Below are positions 1 to 9,369 of a stretch of 40,356 bases of DNA, one piece after another; the first letter of the stretch is position 1; every line of letters begins with the position of its first letter. Source of the stretch: Ghiorsea sp. (GTDB lineage Bacteria; Pseudomonadota; Zetaproteobacteria; Mariprofundales; Mariprofundaceae); the NCBI GenBank assembly GCA_021772875.1, contig JAJFLD010000039.1, forward strand, positions 1 to 40,356, given 5' to 3'. The notes beneath the pieces are model-generated. The model saw nothing but the letters and a program-made list of their open reading frames with translations. It was not told the origin of the DNA and did not search any database. The position numbers and the translations under genes are program-made.

Positions 1-198
1 CCATCGCTCTAATTCATCTTGTTTATCATTAGCATACGCTGCCCCAACAAATGCACCAATAGAGCTGCCCGCTACAATGCTGGGTTTAATGCCCAATTCT
101 TCTAGCGCTTTTAACACGCCAATATGCGCCCAACCACGTGCTGCACCACTGCCTAAAGCTATACCAACTTTGATATTTGAATCTGCTAAAGTATTCAT
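1..198 (-). CDS. Patatin-like phospholipase (NTE/RssA family), N-terminal part; runs off the window
   Basis: Own translation from ATG at 198: [56 protein letters not shown]. Contains the GxGxxR oxyanion motif and GxSxG nucleophile motif; GGTGAG SD upstream. Absent from the ORF track because it is truncated. Confidence 0.9.
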   Translation of the reverse strand, partial: MNTLADSNIKVGIALGSGAARGWAHIGVLKALEELGIKPSIVAGSSIGAFVGAAYANDKQDELERW

Positions 199-247
199 AT
201 CATCTCACCAATACATAATAGGATGCCAACACTTCACTCAGCGAAAC

Positions 248-919
248 TTAAAAAGGCACCACTTGACCATCAAACGCAACAAAAGCACCCAAATCATATT
301 GATCAACATTTGCAATCACATTTGTCATGCCTGCCACAGATGTTGCCACATCAATCAAGCCTGTTTGGTGGGTCATATCGGTGGTCACCCAGCCTGGATG
401 CAGCGTTATCACTTCAACACCTAAAGGTTCAAGATCGACAGCCATCGATTTTGACACAATCACCAACGCCGCTTTCGCAGCGCGATAAGCATAAGCACCA
501 CCGCTGGTATTATCTTCGCTTGACCCCATTTTTGAGCTCAAATTGGCGATGGTTCCTTTGGCCTTGATCACCTGCTTACGAAGTTGCTGCACCACGCGCA
601 AAGGGCCAAGGCAATCTACATTAAATACATCCAACATCGCTTCAGAAGTAATCTTGTCTAAGCTTTGTCCATTTTTATATGGGCCATAAATACCTGCGTT
701 ATTGATCAACAGATCAATACTGTTTGGAAAACCTAGTCCATCGGCATCAAAATCCTGACTCACATCCAAAGCAATGGTGTGAAGTTTATCCGATTGAATC
801 GTGGCCAAACCTGCCAAATCACTGCGGTAACACGCCCACACTTCATGACCCAAAGTTAAATAATGTTGCACAAAACCAAGCCCTAAGCCGCGATTGGCTC
901 CTGTAATAACAACATTCAT
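248..919 (-). CDS. Short-chain dehydrogenase/reductase (CsgA/C-factor-like)
   Basis: TGANRGLG Rossmann motif, NNAG, catalytic YRAAK, HPGWVTTDM. Confidence 0.92.
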   Translation of the reverse strand: MNVVITGANRGLGLGFVQHYLTLGHEVWACYRSDLAGLATIQSDKLHTIALDVSQDFDADGLGFPNSIDLLINNAGIYGPYKNGQSLDKITSEAMLDVFNVDCLGPLRVVQQLRKQVIKAKGTIANLSSKMGSSEDNTSGGAYAYRAAKAALVIVSKSMAVDLEPLGVEVITLHPGWVTTDMTHQTGLIDVATSVAGMTNVIANVDQYDLGAFVAFDGQVVPF

Positions 920-2436
920 GATTCATCCCCTCTATACTGTAATGCTTCAGCAATGTGTACTGCTGAAACCTGATTTTTGGCGGCCAAATCGGCAATGGTG
1001 CGCGCAACCTTTAAAACACGATGATAACTGCGTGCGGATAAACCAAAACGATTCAAGGCGGTGGTCAAAAGCGCTGCACCTTCTGCATCTGGCTTGGCGT
1101 GTTGCTCCAAAGCTGTAGGCAGCAATCGCGCATTCACAATGCCTTCGCCTTGCCTAATATATTGCCGCGCTCTGGCTGCCAACACACGTTTTTTCACCAC
1201 CGCCGATGATTCACCCGCCTTCATTTGGGTTAATTCTTGGTGCTCAACAGGTGGCACATGAATGCGAATATCAAATCTATCCAACAATGGGCCAGAAATA
1301 CGCGTAGTGTAACGTTGAATTTGCGCCAACGAGCAGCGGCATGGTTTGCTTGCATGCCCCCAATAACCGCAAGGGCAAGGATTCATAGCACCAACCAGTT
1401 GAAACTCAGCAGGAAAAGTTAAGGTGTCTGCCGCCCGCGCAATGCTCACCGTGCCGCTTTCCAATGGCTGACGCAACACTTCCAATACAGGCCGTTTAAA
1501 TTCAGGCAATTCATCTAAAAACAACATGCCAAACAACGCTTTTGAAACTTCGCCGGGTTTTGGTATTTGCCCGCCACCAATCATCGCCACATCTGATGCA
1601 GAATGATGTGGGCTACGAAAAGGAGGAACCGAAGACATGGGCGAACGTGTATGTTCGCCTGCAATGCTGTAAACACGCGCCACAGCCAAACGTTGAGCTG
1701 CGGTGAGTGGCGGCATAATGCCTGGCATTCGCGCTGCCAACATGCTTTTGCCCGAACCTGGTGGCCCGCTCATCAACAAATGATGGCCGCCAGCCGCCGT
1801 GATTTCCAAGGCTCTGCGTGCCTGATGTTGCCCGCGTACATCTTTTAAATCAGGAGTCTCTTCATCCTTTGTAAGCAACATATCCAGTTCAGTGGCGGGC
1901 TTTAACAAACGTTTGCCACTCAAATGTGCGGCAACATCAAGTAAATTATACGCTGTCAATACTTGCAATCCTTCAACCACACTGGCTTCTTCGGCATTGG
2001 CCTCAGGCACAATCATGCTTTCAAAACCCTGATTTTGCGCAAAAATTGCCAACGGCAAAACACCACTCACAGGATTTAAACGACCATCCAAGGCCAATTC
2101 GCCTACCATGAACGGTAAGTTTTTGGGGTTTTCAAAACCATCTTCAATACGAATTTGTCCTGATGCCAACAGTAACCCGATGGCCACGGGCAAATCAAAA
2201 TAAGAACCATCTTTGCGTTTGTCTGCGGGCGCTAAATTGACAGTGATATGACGCAACGGAAATTCAAAATTCGAGTTCAACAATGCAGCCCTTACCCGAT
2301 CTCTAGCCTCACGCACTGCCGCATCGGGTAAACCCACCAAACTCCAAGAAGGCATACCGCGCGATAAATCAACTTCGACATCAACAGCCTCAGCCTCAAG
2401 TCCACGAAGTGATGCGCTAGCTAATCGGGCTAACAT
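916..2436 (-). CDS. comM: YifB/ComM family Mg-chelatase-like AAA+ ATPase
   Basis: VGLPDAAVREARDRV, NLAPAD, Walker A GPPGSGKS, FLDELPEF, AMNPCPCG, SARSYHRVLKVARTIADL. Confidence 0.95.
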   Translation of the reverse strand: MLARLASASLRGLEAEAVDVEVDLSRGMPSWSLVGLPDAAVREARDRVRAALLNSNFEFPLRHITVNLAPADKRKDGSYFDLPVAIGLLLASGQIRIEDGFENPKNLPFMVGELALDGRLNPVSGVLPLAIFAQNQGFESMIVPEANAEEASVVEGLQVLTAYNLLDVAAHLSGKRLLKPATELDMLLTKDEETPDLKDVRGQHQARRALEITAAGGHHLLMSGPPGSGKSMLAARMPGIMPPLTAAQRLAVARVYSIAGEHTRSPMSSVPPFRSPHHSASDVAMIGGGQIPKPGEVSKALFGMLFLDELPEFKRPVLEVLRQPLESGTVSIARAADTLTFPAEFQLVGAMNPCPCGYWGHASKPCRCSLAQIQRYTTRISGPLLDRFDIRIHVPPVEHQELTQMKAGESSAVVKKRVLAARARQYIRQGEGIVNARLLPTALEQHAKPDAEGAALLTTALNRFGLSARSYHRVLKVARTIADLAAKNQVSAVHIAEALQYRGDES

Positions 2437-2448
2437 GGTTCGTTTCCT

Positions 2449-2712
2449 CTAATCATAATGTGTCCAAAGCCTTAATACTTTTACTACGTTTTTTTCTTCA
2501 AGCACTTCATAAACCAAACGATGTTGAATATTGATTCTTCGTGAATAGGCGCCTTTTAAATCACCTACAAGTTTCTCGTAAGGGGGAGGGTTTTGGTAAG
2601 GGTTTTCTTTCAGAATATTTAACAATTTTAAAGCTTTGTTTTTCAAACCAGCAGCGGCCAGTTTTTTTGCATCTTTTTGGGCATGTTTTGCATACACCAA
2701 TGTCCAGCTCAC
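2449..2712 (-). CDS. yoeB: Txe/YoeB family toxin (type II TA)
   Basis: PPYEKLVGDLKGAYSRRINIQHRLVY...LWTHY. GTG start at 2712 overlaps the antitoxin TGA (GTGA). Confidence 0.93.
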   Translation of the reverse strand: MSWTLVYAKHAQKDAKKLAAAGLKNKALKLLNILKENPYQNPPPYEKLVGDLKGAYSRRINIQHRLVYEVLEEKNVVKVLRLWTHYD

Positions 2713-2951
2713 CAATCAAGCTCTTTCTTACACATTTCAACAGATTCATCCATGCTTTCGCGAATGGATTCACGCATACCAGGGATAGACAACAAATGCA
2801 GGGTTTCAGAAATCGAAGTCCAATCTTCTTCGGAAACTAAAACGGCATTGCCTCTTTTCCCTTTGATGGTAATCGGTTGATGTGTTTCTGCCGCCTCATC
2901 AATCAAGCTATAGAGTTTAGTTCTGGCTTCTGTAACATTAAGAATGGTCAT
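2709..2951 (-). CDS. yefM: Phd/YefM family antitoxin
   Basis: EARTKLYSLIDEAAETHQPITIKGKRGNAVLVSEEDW...ETLHLLS; AAGGAG SD. Alternative start at 2954. Confidence 0.93.
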   Translation of the reverse strand: MTILNVTEARTKLYSLIDEAAETHQPITIKGKRGNAVLVSEEDWTSISETLHLLSIPGMRESIRESMDESVEMCKKELDW

Positions 2952-2973
2952 CATAAACTCCTTTTAAAAAGTT

Positions 2974-3002
2974 ATCGTACGTTAACACGTACGCTTTGCC
3001 AA
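2974..3002 (-). promoter_or_regulatory. sigma70 promoter and paired operator of yefM-yoeB
   Basis: TTGGCA (3002-2997), 17 bp, TACGAT (2979-2974). Two CGTACG palindromes at 2976-2981 and 2988-2993 are 12 bp apart centre to centre. Confidence 0.7.
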
Positions 3003-3016
3003 GCTTTTTTTAACGA

Positions 3017-3265
3017 TTAACCTTTCAACTGCGCTTCAAGTTTGGCAATACGTGCTTCCATGATTTGCAAATCTTCTCTTGCTTTGCGCAGCATGGCTTC
3101 TTGTACTTCCATGCGTTCATGGGTGACCACATCAAAATGCGATAATGCACCTTCTACAATGTTTTGAATTTGGGCTTCTGCACCCATCTTTACGCCACCA
3201 AGCATTTTAAAACCTGCTGCAATTTTCTCTGAAATATCATCCAATGTTTTTGCATCTACTGCCAT
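3017..3265 (-). CDS. ubiK: UbiK/BMFP (YqiC) family accessory factor
   Basis: 82 aa from MAVDAK (AGGAG SD); FDVVTHERMEVQEAMLRKARE...EARIAKLE coiled coil; ubiX and comM context. Confidence 0.8.
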   Translation of the reverse strand: MAVDAKTLDDISEKIAAGFKMLGGVKMGAEAQIQNIVEGALSHFDVVTHERMEVQEAMLRKAREDLQIMEARIAKLEAQLKG

Positions 3266-3267
3266 GA

Positions 3268-3903
3268 TTATTCTCCTTTCCTCTCTGTGTTTCCCCAACG
3301 CAGTGCACCGCCATCATCAACACCAATATGATCCATGATTCTATCCACCATAAAATCAACCAAATCATCCATAGATTTGGGCTGATGATAAAAACCAGGC
3401 ATAGCCGGAATGATGCGCACACCCATCTTGCTTAAAGCCAACATATGCCCCAAATGAATTTCAGACAGGGGTGTTTCACGTGGCACAAGTACCAAATTTT
3501 TACGCTCTTTCATCATCACATCGGTTGCCCGCTCAATCAAATTACTTGAAGCGCCTGTGGCAATACGCGCCAATGAACCCATAGAACACGGCACCACCAC
3601 CATATCCTGCATATCTGAAGATCCCGAAGCCACTGGCGACATCCAATCTTTATTGCCCCAACAAGTTAAGTATTTCACATCAATATCTAAGAAGTCTGCA
3701 ATCTCTTGGGCCATGGTTTTCAAATCTGCCGACAAGATAAAATTGGATTCTTTATCTAATACCACCCGCGCAGCATCAGAAATCAGCAAATGAAGCTGTA
3801 TTTCGCACTTTGCAAGCCGTTGAATCAACCTAAGTGCGTATGGCGCACCTGAAGCGCCTGTCATGGCGATAATAATGGGTTTATGTTGCTCTATAGTCAT
3901 CAT
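3268..3903 (-). CDS. ubiX: Flavin prenyltransferase UbiX
   Basis: AMTGASGAPY, ASGS, VPCSMGSL, LVPRETP, PAMPGFY. Confidence 0.95.
   Translation of the reverse strand: MMTIEQHKPIIIAMTGASGAPYALRLIQRLAKCEIQLHLLISDAARVVLDKESNFILSADLKTMAQEIADFLDIDVKYLTCWGNKDWMSPVASGSSDMQDMVVVPCSMGSLARIATGASSNLIERATDVMMKERKNLVLVPRETPLSEIHLGHMLALSKMGVRIIPAMPGFYHQPKSMDDLVDFMVDRIMDHIGVDDGGALRWGNTERKGE
3472..3487. promoter_or_regulatory. Near-consensus parS-like site inside ubiX
   Basis: TGTTTCACGTGGCACA; 2 mismatches to the perfect local parS. Coincides with the conserved VPRET peptide, so it may be a coding coincidence. Confidence 0.4.
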
Positions 3904-3909
3904 GCCATC

Positions 3910-4641
3910 CTATAAGCTAAAGCTTTCGCCAAAATACAGCCGACGTGCATCAGCATTATTGACAATATCATCGGCTGTACCTTGCACCAAAATCTCACCT
4001 TCAGTCATCAAATAGGCCCTATCACAAATGCTTAAAGTTTCTCGAACATTATGGTCGGTAATCAAAATACCATACCCTTTTTCGCGCAATTCTATGATAA
4101 TGCTTTGAATGTCTTCAACAGCAATCGGGTCAACACCCGCAAACGGCTCATCAAGCAACACAAACTTTGGTTTGGTGACCAAACAACGCGCAATTTCAGT
4201 GCGTCGGCGCTGCCCTCCTGACAAGGTAAATGCTTTTTGCTCTTGCACTTCTTCTAAACCAAAATCTGCGAGCAAAGCATCGAGTTCTTCGTGAATTTGA
4301 TGTTTAGGCATTTTTAAGGTTTCAAATATGGCCAATAAATTTTCGCGCACTGTAAGTTTACGAAAGACACTCGCCTCTTGCGGCAAATAACCAATACCTT
4401 TTCTTGCCCGCTGATACATAGGCATGCTGATAAGCGATTCACCATCAAGTGTGACATCACCCCCATCAGCTTCCACAAGCCCGCAAACCATATAAAAGCT
4501 TGTCGTTTTCCCCGCACCATTGGCACCCAGCAAACCCACACATTCGCCCGAGTACACATCCAAACTTACATCATGAACCACTGTTTTATGACCATAAACT
4601 TTTCGCAGCTTACGCGCAGATAAATGTGCAGGATTAATCAT
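3910..4641 (-). CDS. lptB: LPS export ABC transporter ATPase
   Basis: GANGAGKTT, GYLPQEASVFRKL, LSGGQRRR, LLDEPFAGVDP, ITDHNVRETL. Confidence 0.97.
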   Translation of the reverse strand: MINPAHLSARKLRKVYGHKTVVHDVSLDVYSGECVGLLGANGAGKTTSFYMVCGLVEADGGDVTLDGESLISMPMYQRARKGIGYLPQEASVFRKLTVRENLLAIFETLKMPKHQIHEELDALLADFGLEEVQEQKAFTLSGGQRRRTEIARCLVTKPKFVLLDEPFAGVDPIAVEDIQSIIIELREKGYGILITDHNVRETLSICDRAYLMTEGEILVQGTADDIVNNADARRLYFGESFSL

Positions 4642-5098
4642 TTACGTTCTCCTCGAAAGTAAAATGAACTTGCCCGCCTTTTTGGTCATTGATAACTTTT
4701 GTATCTTTTGTTTTGATGTTGTAAGCAATATGTTCACCTTCAACCGTGCCTTGCTTGGATGTCATTTTCGCTTGACCAACCATCACCAACATATCCGAAT
4801 CTGTATTAAAAGTAGCTGTATTTGCAGAGCCTTTGCTATCTGGTGTATCAATCACAACATTATCCATTGCGCGCACTTTCTTTAACGTTTTTTTACCCGT
4901 TTTATCATCTTGCTGATACCAAACACGCATTTGATTTGCTTTTAATATCATATCATCACGTTTGACCACAACATGACCAAAAAAATCTGCCCGCTGCTCG
5001 CCCTCTATCAATTCAAAACGATCTGCATCGACTGTCATGGGTGCTGCCAGCACATCATTTGTAACCATAAGCAATAAAATTATTATCCATGTTTTCAT
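4634..5098 (-). CDS. lptA: LPS transport periplasmic protein (OstA-like)
   Basis: Signal peptide, VDADRFE...FFGHVVV beta-jellyroll pattern, position between lptC and lptB. Confidence 0.88.
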   Translation of the reverse strand: MKTWIIILLLMVTNDVLAAPMTVDADRFELIEGEQRADFFGHVVVKRDDMILKANQMRVWYQQDDKTGKKTLKKVRAMDNVVIDTPDSKGSANTATFNTDSDMLVMVGQAKMTSKQGTVEGEHIAYNIKTKDTKVINDQKGGQVHFTFEENVND

Positions 5099-5691
5099 TG
5101 GTTTTCCTCAATGCTCATATGCACGCCCTGCAACACCTGTACTTTTTCTTCAGTGCGGAAAATTCGCAAATCTTTACCTGATATTCTCATGCCTTCTTGC
5201 TTTAATACAAATGTATCAGCAACAATAACTTCACCTTTTTCATCAAAATAATCAAGCGTTTCACTACTTAAATCCCATGTTTGATAACCAGCCAACACAT
5301 TGCCTTTGAAATGCATAACTTTATTTGTTTTATCATATATACCTTGGTGCGCTCGAATAGGCATTTTGTCACCATTTTCAGCAAACAAATCAATGACAGG
5401 GTTCTTCAATAAAACTTTTGTCTCTTGTTCTTTGGCCGAATCTGCCTGCAATCGCCAAACCAATCTATCTCCGTCATATTCTGTCATGTCTGGGTTGGCC
5501 ACAGTAGTACCTACCTGAATGGCAACTGCATTGATGATTTGTTCGATGCCTTGTTTGGCTGTTAACATCAAATACCCAGCATAAACAACACTGCCTATAC
5601 TCAAAGCCAGAAATGCCCATTTGAGCCCCGTGAGTTGCGTGCCTAACACGTTGAAGTTTCTACCACCCACAGTCTTGCGGCGTGAGACCAT
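5095..5691 (-). CDS. lptC: LPS export periplasmic protein LptC (start uncertain)
   Basis: Single N-terminal TM helix, WRLQADSA, GIYD...FKGNV; kdsC-lptC-lptA order. Confidence 0.82.
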   Translation of the reverse strand: MVSRRKTVGGRNFNVLGTQLTGLKWAFLALSIGSVVYAGYLMLTAKQGIEQIINAVAIQVGTTVANPDMTEYDGDRLVWRLQADSAKEQETKVLLKNPVIDLFAENGDKMPIRAHQGIYDKTNKVMHFKGNVLAGYQTWDLSSETLDYFDEKGEVIVADTFVLKQEGMRISGKDLRIFRTEEKVQVLQGVHMSIEENQ

Positions 5692-6220
5692 ATGCTTCTT
5701 CAATAATACTTGGCCAACCACCGTTGGCTAAAATCAAACCTTCACACAACTGTCGCACCGCACCATGCCCACCATCAAATGAAGCTACCCAAGCTGCTTT
5801 GAGCAATACGCCTGTGTAAGCGTTTTGTGGTGCGGTTTGCAAACGGCACTGGCGCATAGCTGGTAAATCAATCACATCATCACCCATATAAGCACAGTCT
5901 TCAGGAGAAATGCCTGCTTGTTTACATAATGTTGTAAGGCCATCTGCTTTACGAAGGCTGCCTTGAATGACATATTGAATGCCCAAGTCTGCCGCTCTAT
6001 GGGCCACAACTTTAGATTTTCTACCTGTCAAAATAGCGACTTCAATACCCGCTCTTTGCAGCATTTTTATGCCGTGGCCATCCCGCACATTAAAGTTCTT
6101 AATTTCATCACCAGTATCGGTCATGGTCACATGCCCTTCTGTGAGCACACCATCCACATCTAGCACTAACATCTTAATACCTTTGGCAAGCTCTAATGGA
6201 AACGTTTGCTTGGCACTCAT
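5660..6220 (-). CDS. kdsC: KDO 8-phosphate phosphatase
   Basis: HAD motif DVDGVLT, FNVRDGHG, YMGDDVIDLP, GGHGAVR. Confidence 0.95.
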   Translation of the reverse strand: MSAKQTFPLELAKGIKMLVLDVDGVLTEGHVTMTDTGDEIKNFNVRDGHGIKMLQRAGIEVAILTGRKSKVVAHRAADLGIQYVIQGSLRKADGLTTLCKQAGISPEDCAYMGDDVIDLPAMRQCRLQTAPQNAYTGVLLKAAWVASFDGGHGAVRQLCEGLILANGGWPSIIEEAYGLTPQDCGW

Positions 6221-7200
6221 GCAATACCTGCCTGTAATAAGTCGTGAAAATGGACTACTCCAATCAAGGTACCTGCTTTGTTGGTCACAAACAATACGGT
6301 AACCTTCTTTTCCTCCATCAAACGCACTGCTTCAGTGGCCAAATGATTCTCCTCGATTGTTTGTGGATTTCTGTGCATGACGCTTTCTACGGCAACACTC
6401 ATATCTACCTGTCCATCTTGTTGTAAAATACGGCGCAAATCACCATCGGTTAAGCATCCTTCAAGTTTACCCATTGAACCCACTGCTGTAATACCTAAGC
6501 GATAGCTACTCATAGTAAAAATAGCATCTGATAAGTGTGCCTCTGGGGCCACAATAGGTATTTTATCACCGGCATGCATAACATCTGCTACAGACATCAA
6601 ACGTCTACCCAAGCTGCCTGCTGGATGCACACGCGCAAAATCTTCAGGCTGAATACCACGATGTTTTAACACCACAACTGCCAAGGCATCACCAAGCGCA
6701 AGTGTGGCTGTTGTTGAAGCTGTTGGCGCTAAATTCATAGGACAAGCCTCTATCGTCACAGGGATATGTAAAACATAATCAGCGTGTTTTGCCAACGTTG
6801 AGGTTTTTCCACCTGTCATCGCAATAATAGGCGTACCCAAACGTTTAATCGTGGGTAATAAACCACACACTTCATCCGTCTCACCACTATGCGATAAGGC
6901 CAACACCGCATCATCCGCTGTAATCATACCCAAATCACCATGCTGTGCCTCTGCTGCATGGACAAAAAAAGCAGGTGTGCCGGTTGAAGCAAATGTTGCA
7001 GCAATTTTACGCGCAATAATACCAGACTTACCCATACCAATGATAACCAGCTTGCCTTTGAGATTAAGTATAAGTGATGCCGCAGCAACAAAGGCATCAT
7101 CAATGGTCTTTTTTTGTAGCTCTAAAGCATCAATTTCAATATCCAGCACTTTTACTGCTTGGGCAATCCACGTATCTTTATTTTCTTCATTCATATTCAT
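6217..7200 (-). CDS. kdsD: Arabinose 5-phosphate isomerase (KpsF/GutQ; SIS plus 2 CBS)
   Basis: GMGKSG, STGTPAFFVH, HGDLG, EACPMNLAPTAST, HPAGSLG. Confidence 0.95.
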   Translation of the reverse strand: MNMNEENKDTWIAQAVKVLDIEIDALELQKKTIDDAFVAAASLILNLKGKLVIIGMGKSGIIARKIAATFASTGTPAFFVHAAEAQHGDLGMITADDAVLALSHSGETDEVCGLLPTIKRLGTPIIAMTGGKTSTLAKHADYVLHIPVTIEACPMNLAPTASTTATLALGDALAVVVLKHRGIQPEDFARVHPAGSLGRRLMSVADVMHAGDKIPIVAPEAHLSDAIFTMSSYRLGITAVGSMGKLEGCLTDGDLRRILQQDGQVDMSVAVESVMHRNPQTIEENHLATEAVRLMEEKKVTVLFVTNKAGTLIGVVHFHDLLQAGIA

Positions 7201-7201
7201 A

Positions 7202-8509
7202 TTATCCCCACTTACCTGACTTTTGTCCCCGCAATGCCATCATCCGCAACATTTCTTTGGCCTTCACATGAAAAGCGCTCATTTCATTTTTTGCAACTGG
7301 ATTTGCAGACTTATGCTTTATTTTAAGTGGGTTAATCGCTCTTCCACGTGATCTAAATTCGAAATGTAAGTGCGGCCCTGTTGCTAAACCACTCATACCT
7401 ACGTAACCAATCACCTGCCCTTGTTTAACGTATGAACCCTGGCGGATACCTTTACCATACTGGCTCATATGGGCGTATGCTGTGCTATGAATGCCATTGT
7501 TGTGTCTGATCTCTATAAACCGACCATAACCACCCTTCCAACCTTTAAAGATGACCTTACCATCACCGATAGCTCGAATAGGTGTGCCACTTTTAGCTGC
7601 ATAATCAACGCCACGGTGTGCACGGGTATACCCCAAAACAGGGTGTTTCCGTGATGATGTAAAACGCGATGATATGCGTGAATATTTGACAGGTGATTTC
7701 AAATACGTCTTTCTAAGGTTGCGGCCTTCTTCATCATAATATTCTATATCACCATTTTTATTTTCATAACGTATGCCTGTATAAACATAACCACGATTTA
7801 TAAACTCTGCAGCCAAGATTTTGTAGCCTACACGTTTACCCTCATCATCAAATGACTCTTCATACATCACCTTAAAAGAATCGCCTTTGCGTAAATCTCG
7901 CGCAAAATCAATGTCCCAAGCAAAGATATCAACAAGTTGCATCGTTAAAGCATCTTCTAAACCCGCTTTAGCAGCGTCCCAAAACAAACTATCTTGAATC
8001 GTAGCTTCAACAACGCTAATACGAGGAAAGAGTTTTCGTTCTTTAACATCAGCCGTCCAAGGTTCACCAAGTTTATTGGTTAAAACCAGCTTTTCATGTG
8101 CACTGATTTGATAAGAAACTTGTATACTATCCTTAAAATCTTTTCTTTTAAATTCATGGCCAATATGAATATTTTTTAGCGGATAAACATCTTTGGAAAC
8201 CTGAATCATGTTCGCCGCTTCTGTGGCAGGAAACCCTAATTTACTTAAGACAATACCTGTGGTTTCCCCAGCTTTTACCCGCTCAATATACTGCTTTGGC
8301 TTGATGTCATCCCTATTGGTTTGTAACCATTCTTGGTGTACAACAGCATCACTAGGTTTGCTGGCATTGCCATTCACAGCTGCCAATATCATGGTCAACA
8401 CGAGTAAGCTGAACGTAAAAAATATTACGCTCTTTTTAGTATAGTTTTTCAATGCCCCTGGACTCAAGATGTTTTCATCTTTCTTGTCGCAGGCGTTGTA
8501 GCACTGCAT
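7202..8509 (-). CDS. M23 family peptidoglycan DD-endopeptidase (MepM-like; start uncertain)
   Basis: N-terminal TM, WDIDFARDLRKGD, HRGVDY (HxxxD), TGPHLHFE (HxH). Confidence 0.9.
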   Translation of the reverse strand: MQCYNACDKKDENILSPGALKNYTKKSVIFFTFSLLVLTMILAAVNGNASKPSDAVVHQEWLQTNRDDIKPKQYIERVKAGETTGIVLSKLGFPATEAANMIQVSKDVYPLKNIHIGHEFKRKDFKDSIQVSYQISAHEKLVLTNKLGEPWTADVKERKLFPRISVVEATIQDSLFWDAAKAGLEDALTMQLVDIFAWDIDFARDLRKGDSFKVMYEESFDDEGKRVGYKILAAEFINRGYVYTGIRYENKNGDIEYYDEEGRNLRKTYLKSPVKYSRISSRFTSSRKHPVLGYTRAHRGVDYAAKSGTPIRAIGDGKVIFKGWKGGYGRFIEIRHNNGIHSTAYAHMSQYGKGIRQGSYVKQGQVIGYVGMSGLATGPHLHFEFRSRGRAINPLKIKHKSANPVAKNEMSAFHVKAKEMLRMMALRGQKSGKWG

Positions 8510-9329
8510 CTAAATCTTGTTTATGTTGATAATTAATTTTCAATTCACCCGACCCATCTTTTTTCTTTTTTAAAGAAACGCTCATGCCTAAAACACGTGT
8601 CATCTCTTCTTCTAAAGCCAAAACATCACTTGATATATTTGATGTTTCTTCTTTTTTAGGTGTAGAAGCTTTTTTTGCTTCCCTTTCCATTTGTCGTGCA
8701 CTCCAACCTTTCTCTATACATAATTTAGCGAGCTGAATAGCGGCAATGGATTCTAACCCCACCAGTGGGCGAGCGTGTCCCATATTGAGTTTACGCTCTT
8801 CCAACATCATTTGTATTACATTGGGCAATTGCAGTAAACGAATCAGATTACTCACTTGTACACGTGAGACACCTATGCTTTCAGCAACTTGTTGTTGGGT
8901 ATAATTAAACTCGTCCATCAATCGCCGATAAGCCCTTGCTGATTCAACCGCGGTTAAATCATCCCGCTGTTCATTCTCAACAATCGCTAGTTCTAACGCT
9001 TGTAAATCATCAACATCGCGTACTACAGCTGGGATTTCTTTTAATTTTGCAATCTGTGATGCTCGCCAGCGACGCTCACCAGCAATCAATTCATAACCAT
9101 CACCTTGTGGTCGAATAAGAATAGGCATCAATACACCATCACGTCGAATCGATTCTGCCAATGCATTCATCTCATCTTGATCAAAGTGGGAACGCGGCTG
9201 GTATTGATTAGGCTTTATTTTTGTTATCGCAATGAGTGTTGCTTGTGCCAACACTTCAGGGGTAGGTTTGTCTCCCAATAAAGCATTTAACCCTCTTCCC
9301 AAAGCTTGTCTCTTTTGTGGTGTTTTCAT
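8475..9329 (-). CDS. parB: Chromosome partitioning CTPase ParB
   Basis: ALGRGLNALL, QPR, AGERRWRA, ENEQRDDL, HTH. Confidence 0.97.
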   Translation of the reverse strand: MKTPQKRQALGRGLNALLGDKPTPEVLAQATLIAITKIKPNQYQPRSHFDQDEMNALAESIRRDGVLMPILIRPQGDGYELIAGERRWRASQIAKLKEIPAVVRDVDDLQALELAIVENEQRDDLTAVESARAYRRLMDEFNYTQQQVAESIGVSRVQVSNLIRLLQLPNVIQMMLEERKLNMGHARPLVGLESIAAIQLAKLCIEKGWSARQMEREAKKASTPKKEETSNISSDVLALEEEMTRVLGMSVSLKKKKDGSGELKINYQHKQDLDAVLQRLRQER

Positions 9330-9369
9330 TCATCCCTCGTTTTTCCCTCATTTCAATTCTGCGACATTC

